Origin: Chlamydiales bacterium
GTDB lineage: Bacteria; Chlamydiota; Chlamydiia; Chlamydiales; JAAZZY01
DNA: 64,000 nt
Direction: 5' to 3'
NCBI GenBank assembly: GCA_965206695.1
Contig: CBDBKM010000010.1
Coordinates: 515,097 to 579,096 of the forward strand
Shown: positions 32,734 through 42,419 of the stretch, piece after piece
How the letters are laid out: each line of letters opens with the position of its first letter
How positions within the stretch are numbered: position 1 is the first letter of the stretch
Translations under genes and position numbers: made by a program
Notes under the pieces: model-generated
Told to the model about the DNA's origin: nothing
Database searches by the model: none
The model's input: the letters and a program-made list of their open reading frames with translations, nothing else

Positions 32734-33450
32734 TTATTTATCTCCCAGATATAGGGTAACAACTCCTCCAAGAAGAGGGATAGCTCTGACATTGGTGAAG
32801 TTTGCTTTTTTTAATAATAAGCAAAACTTCTCTCCATATGGAAAGGTTTCTATTGTTTTGTTGAGATAGGTATAGGCGGTACGATTTTTAGAGATTAAGC
32901 CTCCAATAAAAGGAAGTATATGTCTTAGATATAGAAGGTGAAAAAATCTGAGGATTCGATTTTTTGGAAAAGAGAACTCTAGGATTAAAGCTCGCCCGTC
33001 TACTTTGAGAATACGTTGCATTTCACTTAAGGCTTGCATAGTATTTTCAACATTACGAATGCCAAAGGATATACTAACTGCATCAAAAGTAGAATCAGAA
33101 AATGGAATATCAGTTGCTGAGGCATGGATTAATTTTGCTCTATCAGAGAGAGATAAAGTATCAAGTTTTTTCTTTCCTATCTCGAGCATCTCTTTAGCCA
33201 GATCCAATCCAACTGCTTTCTTAAGCTTTTTATTTTTCTTTAGTGCTAAAATAATTTGATCCGCGGTACCGGTTGCAAGATCTAGCAAGGAGAGATTTTC
33301 TTTTTGAGGTAAGTGTTTGCAAAGCGTTTTTCTCCATCTTTGATCCATCCCTAAAGAAAGTATACGATTTATCCGGTCATAGGTAGAAGAAATACCATCA
33401 AACATTCGCCAAATTTCGATTTTGGAAGGAGTCTTTTGGTTAGTTGTCAT
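32734..33450 (-). CDS. ubiE: Demethylmenaquinone methyltransferase UbiE/MenG
   Basis: MFDGISSTYDRINRILSLG, LDLATGTAD, SFGIRNV, ILEFS. Confidence 0.93.
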   Translation of the reverse strand: MTTNQKTPSKIEIWRMFDGISSTYDRINRILSLGMDQRWRKTLCKHLPQKENLSLLDLATGTADQIILALKKNKKLKKAVGLDLAKEMLEIGKKKLDTLSLSDRAKLIHASATDIPFSDSTFDAVSISFGIRNVENTMQALSEMQRILKVDGRALILEFSFPKNRILRFFHLLYLRHILPFIGGLISKNRTAYTYLNKTIETFPYGEKFCLLLKKANFTNVRAIPLLGGVVTLYLGDK

Positions 33451-33812
33451 AATATCTTTAGTTTGTAAGGTTTTGATGATTTGAAGATTTATAGCATGCT
33501 TCAAACATTTCTCTCAAATTTAAATTCGATTAAATATGGAAATTTAGAAGGCGATTTTTCAAAATGAAAAAAATAACAGAAATCAACTAAAATTAAATGC
33601 CTTTCAAACTCTCTGCCGTCGCAACCGAGTTTGGGGGTCGACTGCATCCGTGCAGTCTTCATGGTTTATCTAAGGCTTTGGGATTTAACAGATAAAAAAG
33701 AAATGGGATTTGTTGTTTTAACTTTCAAGTAGAGAAAAAAACTATTCAAAATTGATTAATAGCTTTAATGTAATCTCTTGGTAAAAACTGTGGGTAATTT
33801 TAGGAGAATTCT

Positions 33813-34868
33813 ATGTCTTTAAGTGAAATCGAAAAAATACTAGCCGATAAAAGTAACTATCTATTGGGTCACAAGTGTACTACCTTCGATAAGAGTCAAT
33901 TACATTTACCCGGTCCTGATTTTATTGATAAAATCTTTAGTTATTCGGACCGGAATATTCGTGTTCTAAAAAGTTTACAAGCTCTTTATGGACATGGGCG
34001 ACTGGCCAATACAGGCTATCTTTCTATTTTACCGGTTGATCAAGGAATCGAGCATACCGCCGGAGCTTCGTTTGCACCAAACCCTATTTATTTTGACGCC
34101 GAAAATATTGTTAAGTTAGCTATTGAAGGTGGTTGTAATGCAGTAGCGACTACTTTAGGCGTTTTAGGAATTATTGCCCGCAAATATGCTCATAAGATTC
34201 CACTAATGCTTAAATTTAATCATAACGAACTTTTAACTTATCCAAATAAGTACGACCAAATAGCTTTTGCTTCGATAAAGCAAGCTTATGAAATGGGGTG
34301 TGCAGCACTTGGAGCAACCGTTTATTTCGGTTCGGAAGAAAGTGGAAGGCAGATTGTTGAAGTTTCAAGAGCTTTTGATATGGCTCATGATCTTGGAATG
34401 GCTACGGTGTTATGGTGTTATTTAAGAAATTCAGCTTTTAAGGTAGATGACAAAGATTATCATACGGCAGCGGATCTAACAGGCCAAGCAAATCATCTTG
34501 GAAGTACGATTCAAGCCGATATTGTAAAACAAAAGGCTCCAACGTTAAATGGTGGATTTAAATCACTAAAATTTGGCAAATATGATGAAAAAATGTATAC
34601 TGAACTTTCTTCCGATCATCCTATAGATATGACGCGTTACCAAGTAGCGAATCAATATATGGGACGTATCGGCTTGATTAACTCGGGTGGAGCTTCCGGT
34701 AAAAATGATTTAGCAGATGCTGTTGCGACAGCTGTGGTTAACAAACGTGCCGGTGGAATGGGAATGATTTCAGGAAGGAAATCGTTTCAAAAACCGATGA
34801 AAGAAGGCATTCACCTCCTAAATGCTATCCAGGATGTTTACCTTTGTAAGGATGTTACTGTAGCTTAA
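33813..34868 (+). CDS. fbaB: Class I fructose-bisphosphate aldolase (DhnA/FbaB)
   Basis: [40 protein letters not shown]. Confidence 0.95.
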   Translation: MSLSEIEKILADKSNYLLGHKCTTFDKSQLHLPGPDFIDKIFSYSDRNIRVLKSLQALYGHGRLANTGYLSILPVDQGIEHTAGASFAPNPIYFDAENIVKLAIEGGCNAVATTLGVLGIIARKYAHKIPLMLKFNHNELLTYPNKYDQIAFASIKQAYEMGCAALGATVYFGSEESGRQIVEVSRAFDMAHDLGMATVLWCYLRNSAFKVDDKDYHTAADLTGQANHLGSTIQADIVKQKAPTLNGGFKSLKFGKYDEKMYTELSSDHPIDMTRYQVANQYMGRIGLINSGGASGKNDLADAVATAVVNKRAGGMGMISGRKSFQKPMKEGIHLLNAIQDVYLCKDVTVA

Positions 34869-34900
34869 GAAAAAGAAAAATTTTAACTATAGAGGTTACA

Positions 34901-35128
34901 ATGTCATTTTTTAATAATATTTCTTACCCTCAATATATGCTATGCACTTCTATGGATTATGATTATTTAGTGAAAAAAGAGTCTGATTCGGTAGATATAA
35001 ATGATGTTCCGGGTGTAGAGGCTACAAAAGAAACTGAATTTTTTAATACAGAAAAAGATTGGTTTGATTATACCATGCATTGTAACCGTAAGTTTATTGC
35101 TGAAAATGAGCTTCAAAAAGATTCATAA
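34901..35128 (+). CDS. Small hypothetical protein
   Basis: 75-aa acidic ORF with GAGG RBS. Confidence 0.5.
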   Translation: MSFFNNISYPQYMLCTSMDYDYLVKKESDSVDINDVPGVEATKETEFFNTEKDWFDYTMHCNRKFIAENELQKDS

Positions 35129-35138
35129 ATAATCGTTT

Positions 35139-35310
35139 TTGACTTCCTCCAACGACTAAAGCCAATGGATTTCCATCCCTCGCGGTTAGGAGATTCCTTT
35201 AATCCTCTACCAACCCACTTTAAATTAAAGTAGGATTACTCTCGTTTTGTAGTAGTATCCCTTTCCAAAGCTATGGGTTTTTACGAAACCCTTCCCGTAT
35301 GCCCTACGGT
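35139..35310 (-). ncRNA. Stand-alone TnpB omegaRNA-like scaffold / IS200/IS605 right end (no tnpB CDS)
   Basis: Minus strand ACCGTAGGGCATACGGGA...GCTTTGGA...GAAATCCATTGGCTTTAGTCGTTGGAGGAAGTCAA, with several internal hairpins. Confidence 0.55.
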
Positions 35311-35354
35311 AATTTTGAAAAACAAAAGTATTTAAACAAAAAGAACTGTTTAAT

Positions 35355-35644
35355 TTGACAGCTCCCAACCCTAAAGGGAAGGGATTCCTAATTCATCGAC
35401 CACTGCTAACAAACAAGCTAGTCTAACATGATCTCCAAAGGCTTAAATTACCGACTGCCCTGCGGTATCGATATTAATAGATGCATTAAGATCTCTATCG
35501 TGTGTTACTTTGCAGTTTGGACACTGCCAACTTCTCACACTTAAATCTAAAATTTCTATTTGGTACCGGCAGGCAGAGCATAGTTTTGAACTAGCAAAAA
35601 ATTGATCTAATTCCACTATATTTCTTCCGTACCATTCACACTTA
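35355..35644 (-). mobile_element. tnpB: IS605/IS1341 tnpB C-terminal remnant with omegaRNA/right end
   Basis: KCEWYGR...FASSKLCSAC...WQCPNCKVTHDRDLNASINI (stop 35443-35445), then GGAATCCCTTCCCTTTAGGGTTGGGAGCTGTCAA. Confidence 0.9.
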
Positions 35645-36580
35645 TAGTACTTTAATTTTTATTTGATAATATGTTATCCTTCTTTTTTTATACAAACAAT
35701 AAGGACAAAACAATGCCTAGAGCCTATTCAGTAGATCTTCGAGAGAAAGTATTACAACATATAGAAAAACATCATGATAAAAAAACAGCCGGCCATATTT
35801 TTCAAGTAGGTATCGCAACAATATATCGATGGATCTTGCAAAAAAAGCAAAAAGGACATTTAAAGCCAATCCGCAGAAAATATGCTTATAAGAAATTAGA
35901 TGATGAGTTGTTATCTAAATATGTAGAAAAACATCCGGATTATTTTTTATCGGAAATTGCTGATTATTTTTCAGTCACTCCGCAAACGATTTTTTATGCC
36001 CTTAAAAGATTAAAAATTACACGAAAAAAAAACTACTCGCTATAAGGAAAGAGATGAAAAGAAACGGGAAGCTTTTATGAAAGATTTAAAAAATATTCCC
36101 TTTGACAAGAGAATTTATCTCGATGAAACCGGGATTCATCAATTTTTATTTCGTGAGTCCGGAAGAAGCTTACGCGGCAAAAAAGTTTTTGGAGCGGTTT
36201 CAGGAAACCGCTTTATAAGGCAAAATATTATTTCAGCCCTATCTAAAGGGCAGTTTTTATCTCCAATGTGTTTTGAAGGTACTTGTAATACCGGGTTATT
36301 CAATATTTGGCTTAAGGAAGTTTTGACTCCTCAGCTTACACCCGGTAGTGTTCTTATTCTTGACAATGCCGGTTTTCACAAGTCAGCGGAAAGCAGGAAA
36401 ATAGTAGAATCTGCCGGTTGTAAGCTTATGTTTCTTCCTCCATATTCTCCGGACTTAAATCCTATAGAAAAATATTGGGCTAATATGAAAAATAAAGTTA
36501 GAGAGATATTACGAAAAGTTACGAATTTTAAATTCGCTATTGATCAAGCAATCTTATCAATGTAAAATTAAATGACTATA
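35643..36580 (+). mobile_element. IS630-family element, copy 3 (A9 at slip site)
   Basis: Both ends present; orfA lacks the early TGA but ends KKNYSL*; orfB 36077-36565. Confidence 0.95.
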
Positions 36581-36852
36581 AAAGCATGTAATAAAATCAT
36601 CTCTCCTTTTTTTAAAACAAAAATAACCCGGGTAATCCCATTAGGAAAACTGCTACGTGCTTCCCACAAACCAAAGCCTAGCGATTTAACAATAGGCATA
36701 CCTAATGGCCATCCCATTTCAACTGTTTTAAGATCTTCACCAATAATCTTTTTAAGGTGTTTTGGTAAAGCCTTCAACCATGTTCTAACCGGTTCATTTC
36801 CATTTGATGATTTGTAAAACTTTATAGATACAACTTTTTTCGCAGGTAGCAT
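36579..36852 (-). pseudogene. RelE/Gp49-like toxin, C-terminally truncated (copy A)
   Basis: FYKSSNGNEPVRTWL...GWPLGMPIVKSLGFGLWEARS...RVIF...ILLHAFI; cut by IS630. Confidence 0.8.
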
Positions 36853-37015
36853 GTCAACCGGCTTATGTTCTTAATCATATTAAATAGCACCAAATATGGT
36901 ACGTTATAATCAAGCAAAATCTAACTATAATTTTTATTTTACAAGTCGTTAATTATCATGAAATTAAGAAAAATGCTTGGGGACGGTTGGACGCATTCAA
37001 AACTTTTGATTGGAA
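36585..37015. repeat. ~430-bp direct repeat, copy A
   Basis: Near-identical to 39519-39949 (a few substitutions). Confidence 0.9.
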
Positions 37016-37065
37016 AAAATTAGAAAATATAACAAATAATATTATTGGAAATTAGATCATACTAG

Positions 37066-39087
37066 CTATCTGTGAATGATCAATCGACCAGGATTGTCAG
37101 GGGGTTCCTCTGCTCTATTTTTAAAAGATTCCAGAATACTATCTTTTAATGCGCTACCGCTATTAAAACCCGTGATAACAGTTATATTTGATATTTTATA
37201 CTCATCCATAAAAAATTGTATTGCTACTTTGGCAACAGAAGGATGGATTCCTGACATGTCATCTCCGCCTTTCATTGGATAAGTATAAAACGAGTTGCGA
37301 TGTAAGTTTAAAGTATTATGGCTGAACTTCCGTATCAAACCTTCACTATACATCTTATGAAAGATCTCCAAAGCCTTCTCTGGTTTACCACCTTTTTCAC
37401 AAGCAGAGATGACAGCATTATAGGTAATCACATCAGGTGTAATACCAGCAGGAATTGCCTTAAAGATCTCCAAAGCCTTCTCTGCTTTACCACCTTTTTC
37501 ACAAGCAGAGATGACAGCACTATAGGTAATCACATCAGGTGTAATACCGGCATCAGGCATCTTATTAAAGATCTCCAAAGCCTTCTCTGGTTTACCACCT
37601 TTTTCACAAGCAGAGATGGCAGCATTATAGGTAATCAGATTAGGTTTAATACCAACAGGAATTGCCTTAAAGATCTCCAAAGCCTCCTCTGCTTTACCAC
37701 CTTTTGCACAAGCAGAGATGACAGCATTATAGGTAATCACATCAGGTGGAATACCGGCATCAGGCATCTTATTAAAGATCTCCAAAGCCTCCTCTGCTTT
37801 ACCACCTTTTTCACAAGCAGAGATGACAGCATTATAGGTAATCACATTAAGTGGAATACCAACAGGAATTGCCTTAAAGATCTCCAAAGCCTTCTCTGCT
37901 TTACCACCTTTTCCACAAGCAGAGATGACAGCAGTATAGGTAATCACATCAGGTGTAATACCGGCATCAGGCATCTTATTAAAGATCTCCAAAGCCTCCT
38001 CTGCTTTACCACCTTCTTCACAAGCAGAGATGACAGCATTATAGGTAATCACATCAGGTGTAATACCGGCATCAGGCATCTTATTAAAGATCTCCAAAGC
38101 CTCCTCTGCTTTACCACCTTTTCCACAAGCAGAGATGACAGCATTATAGGTAATTACAGTAGGTGGAATACCAACAGGAATTGCCTTAAAGATCTCCAAA
38201 GCCTTCTCTGCTTTACCACCTTTTCCACAAGCAGAGATGACAGCACTATAGGTAATCACATCAGGTGTAATACCGGCATCAGGCATCTTATTAAAGATCT
38301 CCAAAGCCTCCTCTGCTTTACCACCTTTTTCACAAGCAGAGATGACAGCAGTATAGGTCATCACATTAGGTGGAATATCAACAGGCATCTTATTAAAGAT
38401 CTCCAAAGCCTTCTCTGCTTTACCACCTTTTCCACAAGCAGAGATGACAACAGTATAGGTAATCACATTAGGTGGAATATCAACAGGCATCTTATTAAAG
38501 ATCTCCAAAGCCTCCTCTGCTTTACCACCTTTTTCACAAGCAGAGATGACAGCATTATAGGTAATCACATTAAGTGGAATACCGGCATCAGTTAAATTGT
38601 TGAGTAATCTAATAGCATCTTGATAATTGGAGGTAGGTTTTGTAATTAAAGATACGGTACACTTCAAAACATCTTGGAGATTTTTAGTTCCGCTACGATA
38701 CTGCTTAATGATGATGCTATTATCCAATACAGGTTTATGTTGTCTTGATGCTGAGGAGTTTTGCCCGCTAAAAGACGAGCAAGAAACTCTATTATAATTA
38801 GATAACGTATGAGGCGCTAAAGATTGAACCCGCTTTAAGATAGATTTTTGTTCAAAGGGCTGTAATTGTGACCAATTTTTTGTTAAATCTCCGTATCTTA
38901 GTGAACTGCCGGGTGTTGTATCTTTTATATATGCACTAAAATGACATTCTATACCTTGATCATTCTTATACTTGATAAAATAATCAGTATACCTCTGTAT
39001 TTCGGATTTAATATACTCTTTATTATCAGATATATAAGTATTTATTAGCTTAAATTCTATAGAACAGTTACTGGATACATTTAACAT
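37066..39087 (-). CDS. Pentatricopeptide repeat (PPR) protein with C-terminal Smr-like domain
   Basis: 12 repeats of VITYNAVISACxKGGKAEEALEIFxxM...GIxPD (34/35 aa, from aa 174), then LNLH...AKVAI...ITVITG...NPGRLII. Confidence 0.9.
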   Translation of the reverse strand: MLNVSSNCSIEFKLINTYISDNKEYIKSEIQRYTDYFIKYKNDQGIECHFSAYIKDTTPGSSLRYGDLTKNWSQLQPFEQKSILKRVQSLAPHTLSNYNRVSCSSFSGQNSSASRQHKPVLDNSIIIKQYRSGTKNLQDVLKCTVSLITKPTSNYQDAIRLLNNLTDAGIPLNVITYNAVISACEKGGKAEEALEIFNKMPVDIPPNVITYTVVISACGKGGKAEKALEIFNKMPVDIPPNVMTYTAVISACEKGGKAEEALEIFNKMPDAGITPDVITYSAVISACGKGGKAEKALEIFKAIPVGIPPTVITYNAVISACGKGGKAEEALEIFNKMPDAGITPDVITYNAVISACEEGGKAEEALEIFNKMPDAGITPDVITYTAVISACGKGGKAEKALEIFKAIPVGIPLNVITYNAVISACEKGGKAEEALEIFNKMPDAGIPPDVITYNAVISACAKGGKAEEALEIFKAIPVGIKPNLITYNAAISACEKGGKPEKALEIFNKMPDAGITPDVITYSAVISACEKGGKAEKALEIFKAIPAGITPDVITYNAVISACEKGGKPEKALEIFHKMYSEGLIRKFSHNTLNLHRNSFYTYPMKGGDDMSGIHPSVAKVAIQFFMDEYKISNITVITGFNSGSALKDSILESFKNRAEEPPDNPGRLIIHR
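37327..38568 (-). repeat. Coding tandem repeat of 102/105-bp units (PPR array)
   Basis: Unit lengths 34,34,35,34,35,35,34,35,34,35,34,35 codons; DNA nearly identical between units. Confidence 0.95.
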
Positions 39088-39283
39088 AAATTCTAATCCT
39101 GTTATAAGGTTATTTACTTAACTAAATTATAACATAATTAATGTATTGCTTAAACTTAAAATATGATAAATAGTAAACATCTTTTAAGGTTATTTGATTG
39201 TAATTTTAAAGGTTAAATTAAAATATGTAATCTAATTTATTATTGAAAAAAATTAGGTACTTTTGAAGCTTTTGAACTTAGTA

Positions 39284-39518
39284 CAGGACAAAAAAAATGA
39301 GATTGAAGTAACTCGCTGATATGCAGTAATCTTTTTTGAAAAAAAAGGAGATTTTAACATGCATATCAATGAGTTATCCGGGATCTTAAACCGATACTTC
39401 AATTTTCACAAGGCTCGTGCTGATTGCCTTGCTCAGCTTGTGATAGCAATGATCACTGTTAAGACTGTGAATTTCGCACATCTTGCAACCTCTTTTATCA
39501 CGCAGTCTCTTCCGGAGT
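39284..39518 (+). mobile_element. IS4-family left end and transposase N-terminal fragment
   Basis: CAGGACAAAAA end, GGAG RBS, MHINELSGILNRYFNFHKARADCLAQLVIAMITVKTVNFAHLATSF; truncated at repeat copy B. Confidence 0.65.
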
Positions 39519-39949
39519 CATGCAACAAAATCATCTCTCCTTTTTTTAAAACAAAAATAACCCGAGTAATCCCATTAGGAAAACTGCTACGTGCTTCCCA
39601 CAAACCAAAGCCTAGCGATTTAACAATAGGCATACCTAATGGCCATCCCATTTCAACTGTTTTAAGATCTTCACCAATAATCTTTTTAAGGTGTTTTGGT
39701 AAAGCCTTCAACCATGTTCTAACCGGTTCATTTCCATTTGATGATTTGTAAAACTTTATAGATACAACTTTTTTCGCAGGTAGCATGTCAACCGGCTTAT
39801 GTTCTTAATCATATTAAATAGCACCAAATATGGTACGTTATAATCAAGCAAAATCTAACTATAATTTTTATTTTACAAGTCGTTAATTATCATGAAATTA
39901 AGAAAAATGCTTGGGGACAGTTGGACGCATTCAGAACTTTTGATTGGAA
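39519..39949. repeat. ~430-bp direct repeat, copy B (contains truncated RelE/Gp49-like gene 39519-39786, -)
   Basis: Same toxin fragment up to MILLH plus the upstream region. Confidence 0.9.
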
Positions 39950-40040
39950 CATTTATGTCAATAGATTGAAAAAGACAGAAATATTAAGAATAACTTATTA
40001 AATGTTTATCTACTTTCTTTCTGGAAGATAAGGTGTTAAG

Positions 40041-40713
40041 TCATTTTCGTAAATCTCTAGATGAAATGGTATCTTTAACAATAAATTTGCCATTATGCTT
40101 TCCCAAACAGATTAATATAGAATCATAAGATGGAGGCAGAAGCCAAGCTGCTATCTCTTTATTAAATTGTTCAAGGACACCTAGAAAAAGCAACGACCGA
40201 TTACACACCTCTTCAGCACTGTCCATTGTCACAACTACACAATGGTTTTGTTGTAACTCGCCATTTTTTCTCTCTATATGTCCACATATAAACTTATCTA
40301 AGTAAGAGCAGTCACCAAGATCACCTTTTATTTTTGTTTTACCACATTGATTATATTTGTTTAACACATCTTCCTTACTTTTTTGAATACGCGCTATGGC
40401 AATAGATAAAGCCTCAAGCAGCCGAAACAAATTTGGTTGAATTCCAATAGATAGAAGAGTGTGATGAACCTCACTTATTAGAGGTCCGAATATTTTCCAT
40501 ATTGATATCTCCGTTTTTTTACCTCTTGTAATATCATTGATTGCACGGCTCCATATTCCTATAAGCGCATGCCACGCAATAGTAGTACAAAAGAATGTAG
40601 ACGCTTCTTGATTCTTCCTCTCCTCAAGAAGTTGCAATTCTGGACTCGCTGTTATAATATCGAGCCCGCATTTATGTTTATCTACATACTCCCGTTTTTT
40701 TTTGTATATAGCA
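40041..40713 (-). pseudogene. Hypothetical protein, 5' end removed by IS30
   Basis: The first ~29 aa of ORF 40041-40799 derive from the IS30 end; the rest is an open frame with no recognisable motif. Confidence 0.5.
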
Positions 40714-41482
40714 CGCCCTTTCAACATTGAAGTGCAACAAATAGGAAGAATTTGAAAATGGCCAAATGCCGGCAAAATCTCTATAGTAAATTTTTGCAAA
40801 AAAAACTATGGAGGGATTTTTTATGCCTAAAGGCTACCGGCATTTAACCTACGAACAAAGGTGCCAAATATGTACTTTAAAAAAAAGAGGAGATTCTGTT
40901 GATTCTATTTCGCAGGAATTAAATGTTAATAAAACTACTGTTTATCGAGAGTTAAAAAGAAATAGCTATGGAGGCAGATATATCTATTTTGCAGCACAAA
41001 TCAAAACTAAAAGAAGGCGTTCAAAAGCGAGCAGTAAAACAAAGAAAATGACCCCTGAACTACTTATGAAGATAGAAAGTAAATTACTGCTTCAATGGAG
41101 TCCTGTTCAAATATCCGGTCGATTGAAAGAAGAAGAAGGCCTGCTTATCAGCCACGAAAGTATTTATCGTCATATTTGGAAAGATAAACGAAATTGGGGC
41201 AATTTATATAAAAATTTAAGACACAAAGGTAAGAAGTATAAAAAGCAAGGTTCAGATAAAGCAGGCCGAGGCTGTATTCCCAATAGAGTCGATATTGATA
41301 AAAGACCTTGTATTGTCGATGAAAAAACAAGAATAGGAGATTTTGAATTAGATACGATAATAGGCAAAAATCATCAAGGAGTGATTGTTTCTATTGTTGG
41401 TCGTGCTTCTAAATATACGATGCTTATGAAGGTAAAGTCTAAACAAGCCCTCGGTGTTGCCGATGCTTTAATTACCTGTTTA
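40714..41482 (+). mobile_element. Second, divergent IS30-family element, truncated by IS630
   Basis: TIR CGCCCTTTCAACATTGAAGTGCAACA; transposase from 40823 (MPKGYRHLT...GDFELDTIIG); right half absent. Confidence 0.9.
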
Positions 41483-42419
41483 TAGTATTTTAATTTTTAT
41501 TTGATAATATGTTATCCTTTTTTTTTTATACAAACAGTAAGGACAAAACAATGCCTAGAGCCTATTCAGTAGATCTTCGAGAGAAAGTATGACAACATAT
41601 AGAAAAACATCATGATAAAAAAACAGCCGGCCATATTTTTCAAGTAGGTATCGCAACAATATATCGATGGATCTTGCAAAAAAAGCAAAAAGGACATTTA
41701 AAGCCAATCCGCAGAAAATATGCTTATAAGAAATTAGATGATGAGTTGTTATCTAAATATGTAGAAAAACATCCGGATTATTTTTTATCGGAAATTGCTG
41801 ATTATTTTTCAGTCACTCCGCAAACGATTTTTTATGCCCTTAAAAGATTAAAAATTACACGAAAAAAAAAACTACTCGCTATAAGGAAAGAGATGAAAAG
41901 AAACGGGAAGCTTTTATGAAAGATTTAAAAAATATTCCCTTTGACAAGAGAATTTATCTCGATGAAACCGGGATTCATCAATTTTTATTTCGTGAGTCCG
42001 GAAGAAGCTTACGCGGCAAAAAAGTTTTTGGAGCGGTTTCAGGAAACCGCTTTATAAGGCAAAATATTATTTCAGCCCTATCTAAAGGGCAGTTTTTATC
42101 TCCAATGTGTTTTGAAGGTACTTGTAATACCGGGTTATTCAATATTTGGCTTAAGGAAGTTTTGACTCCTCAGCTTACACCCGGTAGTGTTCTTATTCTT
42201 GACAATGCCGGTTTTCACAAGTCAGCGGAAAGCAGGAAAACAGTAGAATCTGCCGGTTGTAAGCTTATGTTTCTTCCTCCATATTCTCCGGACTTAAATC
42301 CTATAGAAAAATATTGGGCTAATATGAAAAATAAAGTTAGAGAGATATTACGAAAAGTTACGAATTTTAAATTCGCTATTGATCAAGCAATCTTATCAAT
42401 GTAAAATTATATGACTATA
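41481..42419 (+). mobile_element. IS630-family element, copy 4 (orfA with premature TGA)
   Basis: Both ends present; same TGA as copy 1; orfB 41916-42404. Confidence 0.95.

Noticed and set aside
35355..35644. Functional TnpB/Cas12-like nuclease
   Set aside because: Only the last ~66 codons remain; RuvC-I and RuvC-II are absent from the window.
37327..38568. Possible CRISPR array
   Set aside because: Units are contiguous 102/105-bp in-frame coding repeats with no unique spacers; no cas genes in the window.
37318..38595. 425-aa repetitive plus-strand ORF
   Set aside because: Antisense shadow of the PPR array; a stop-free unit repeated gives a long ORF automatically.
39359..39786. 130-aa and 117-aa ORFs as novel fusion proteins
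   Set aside because: Head-on junction of an IS4 fragment and a truncated relE; each reads into the antisense of the other.
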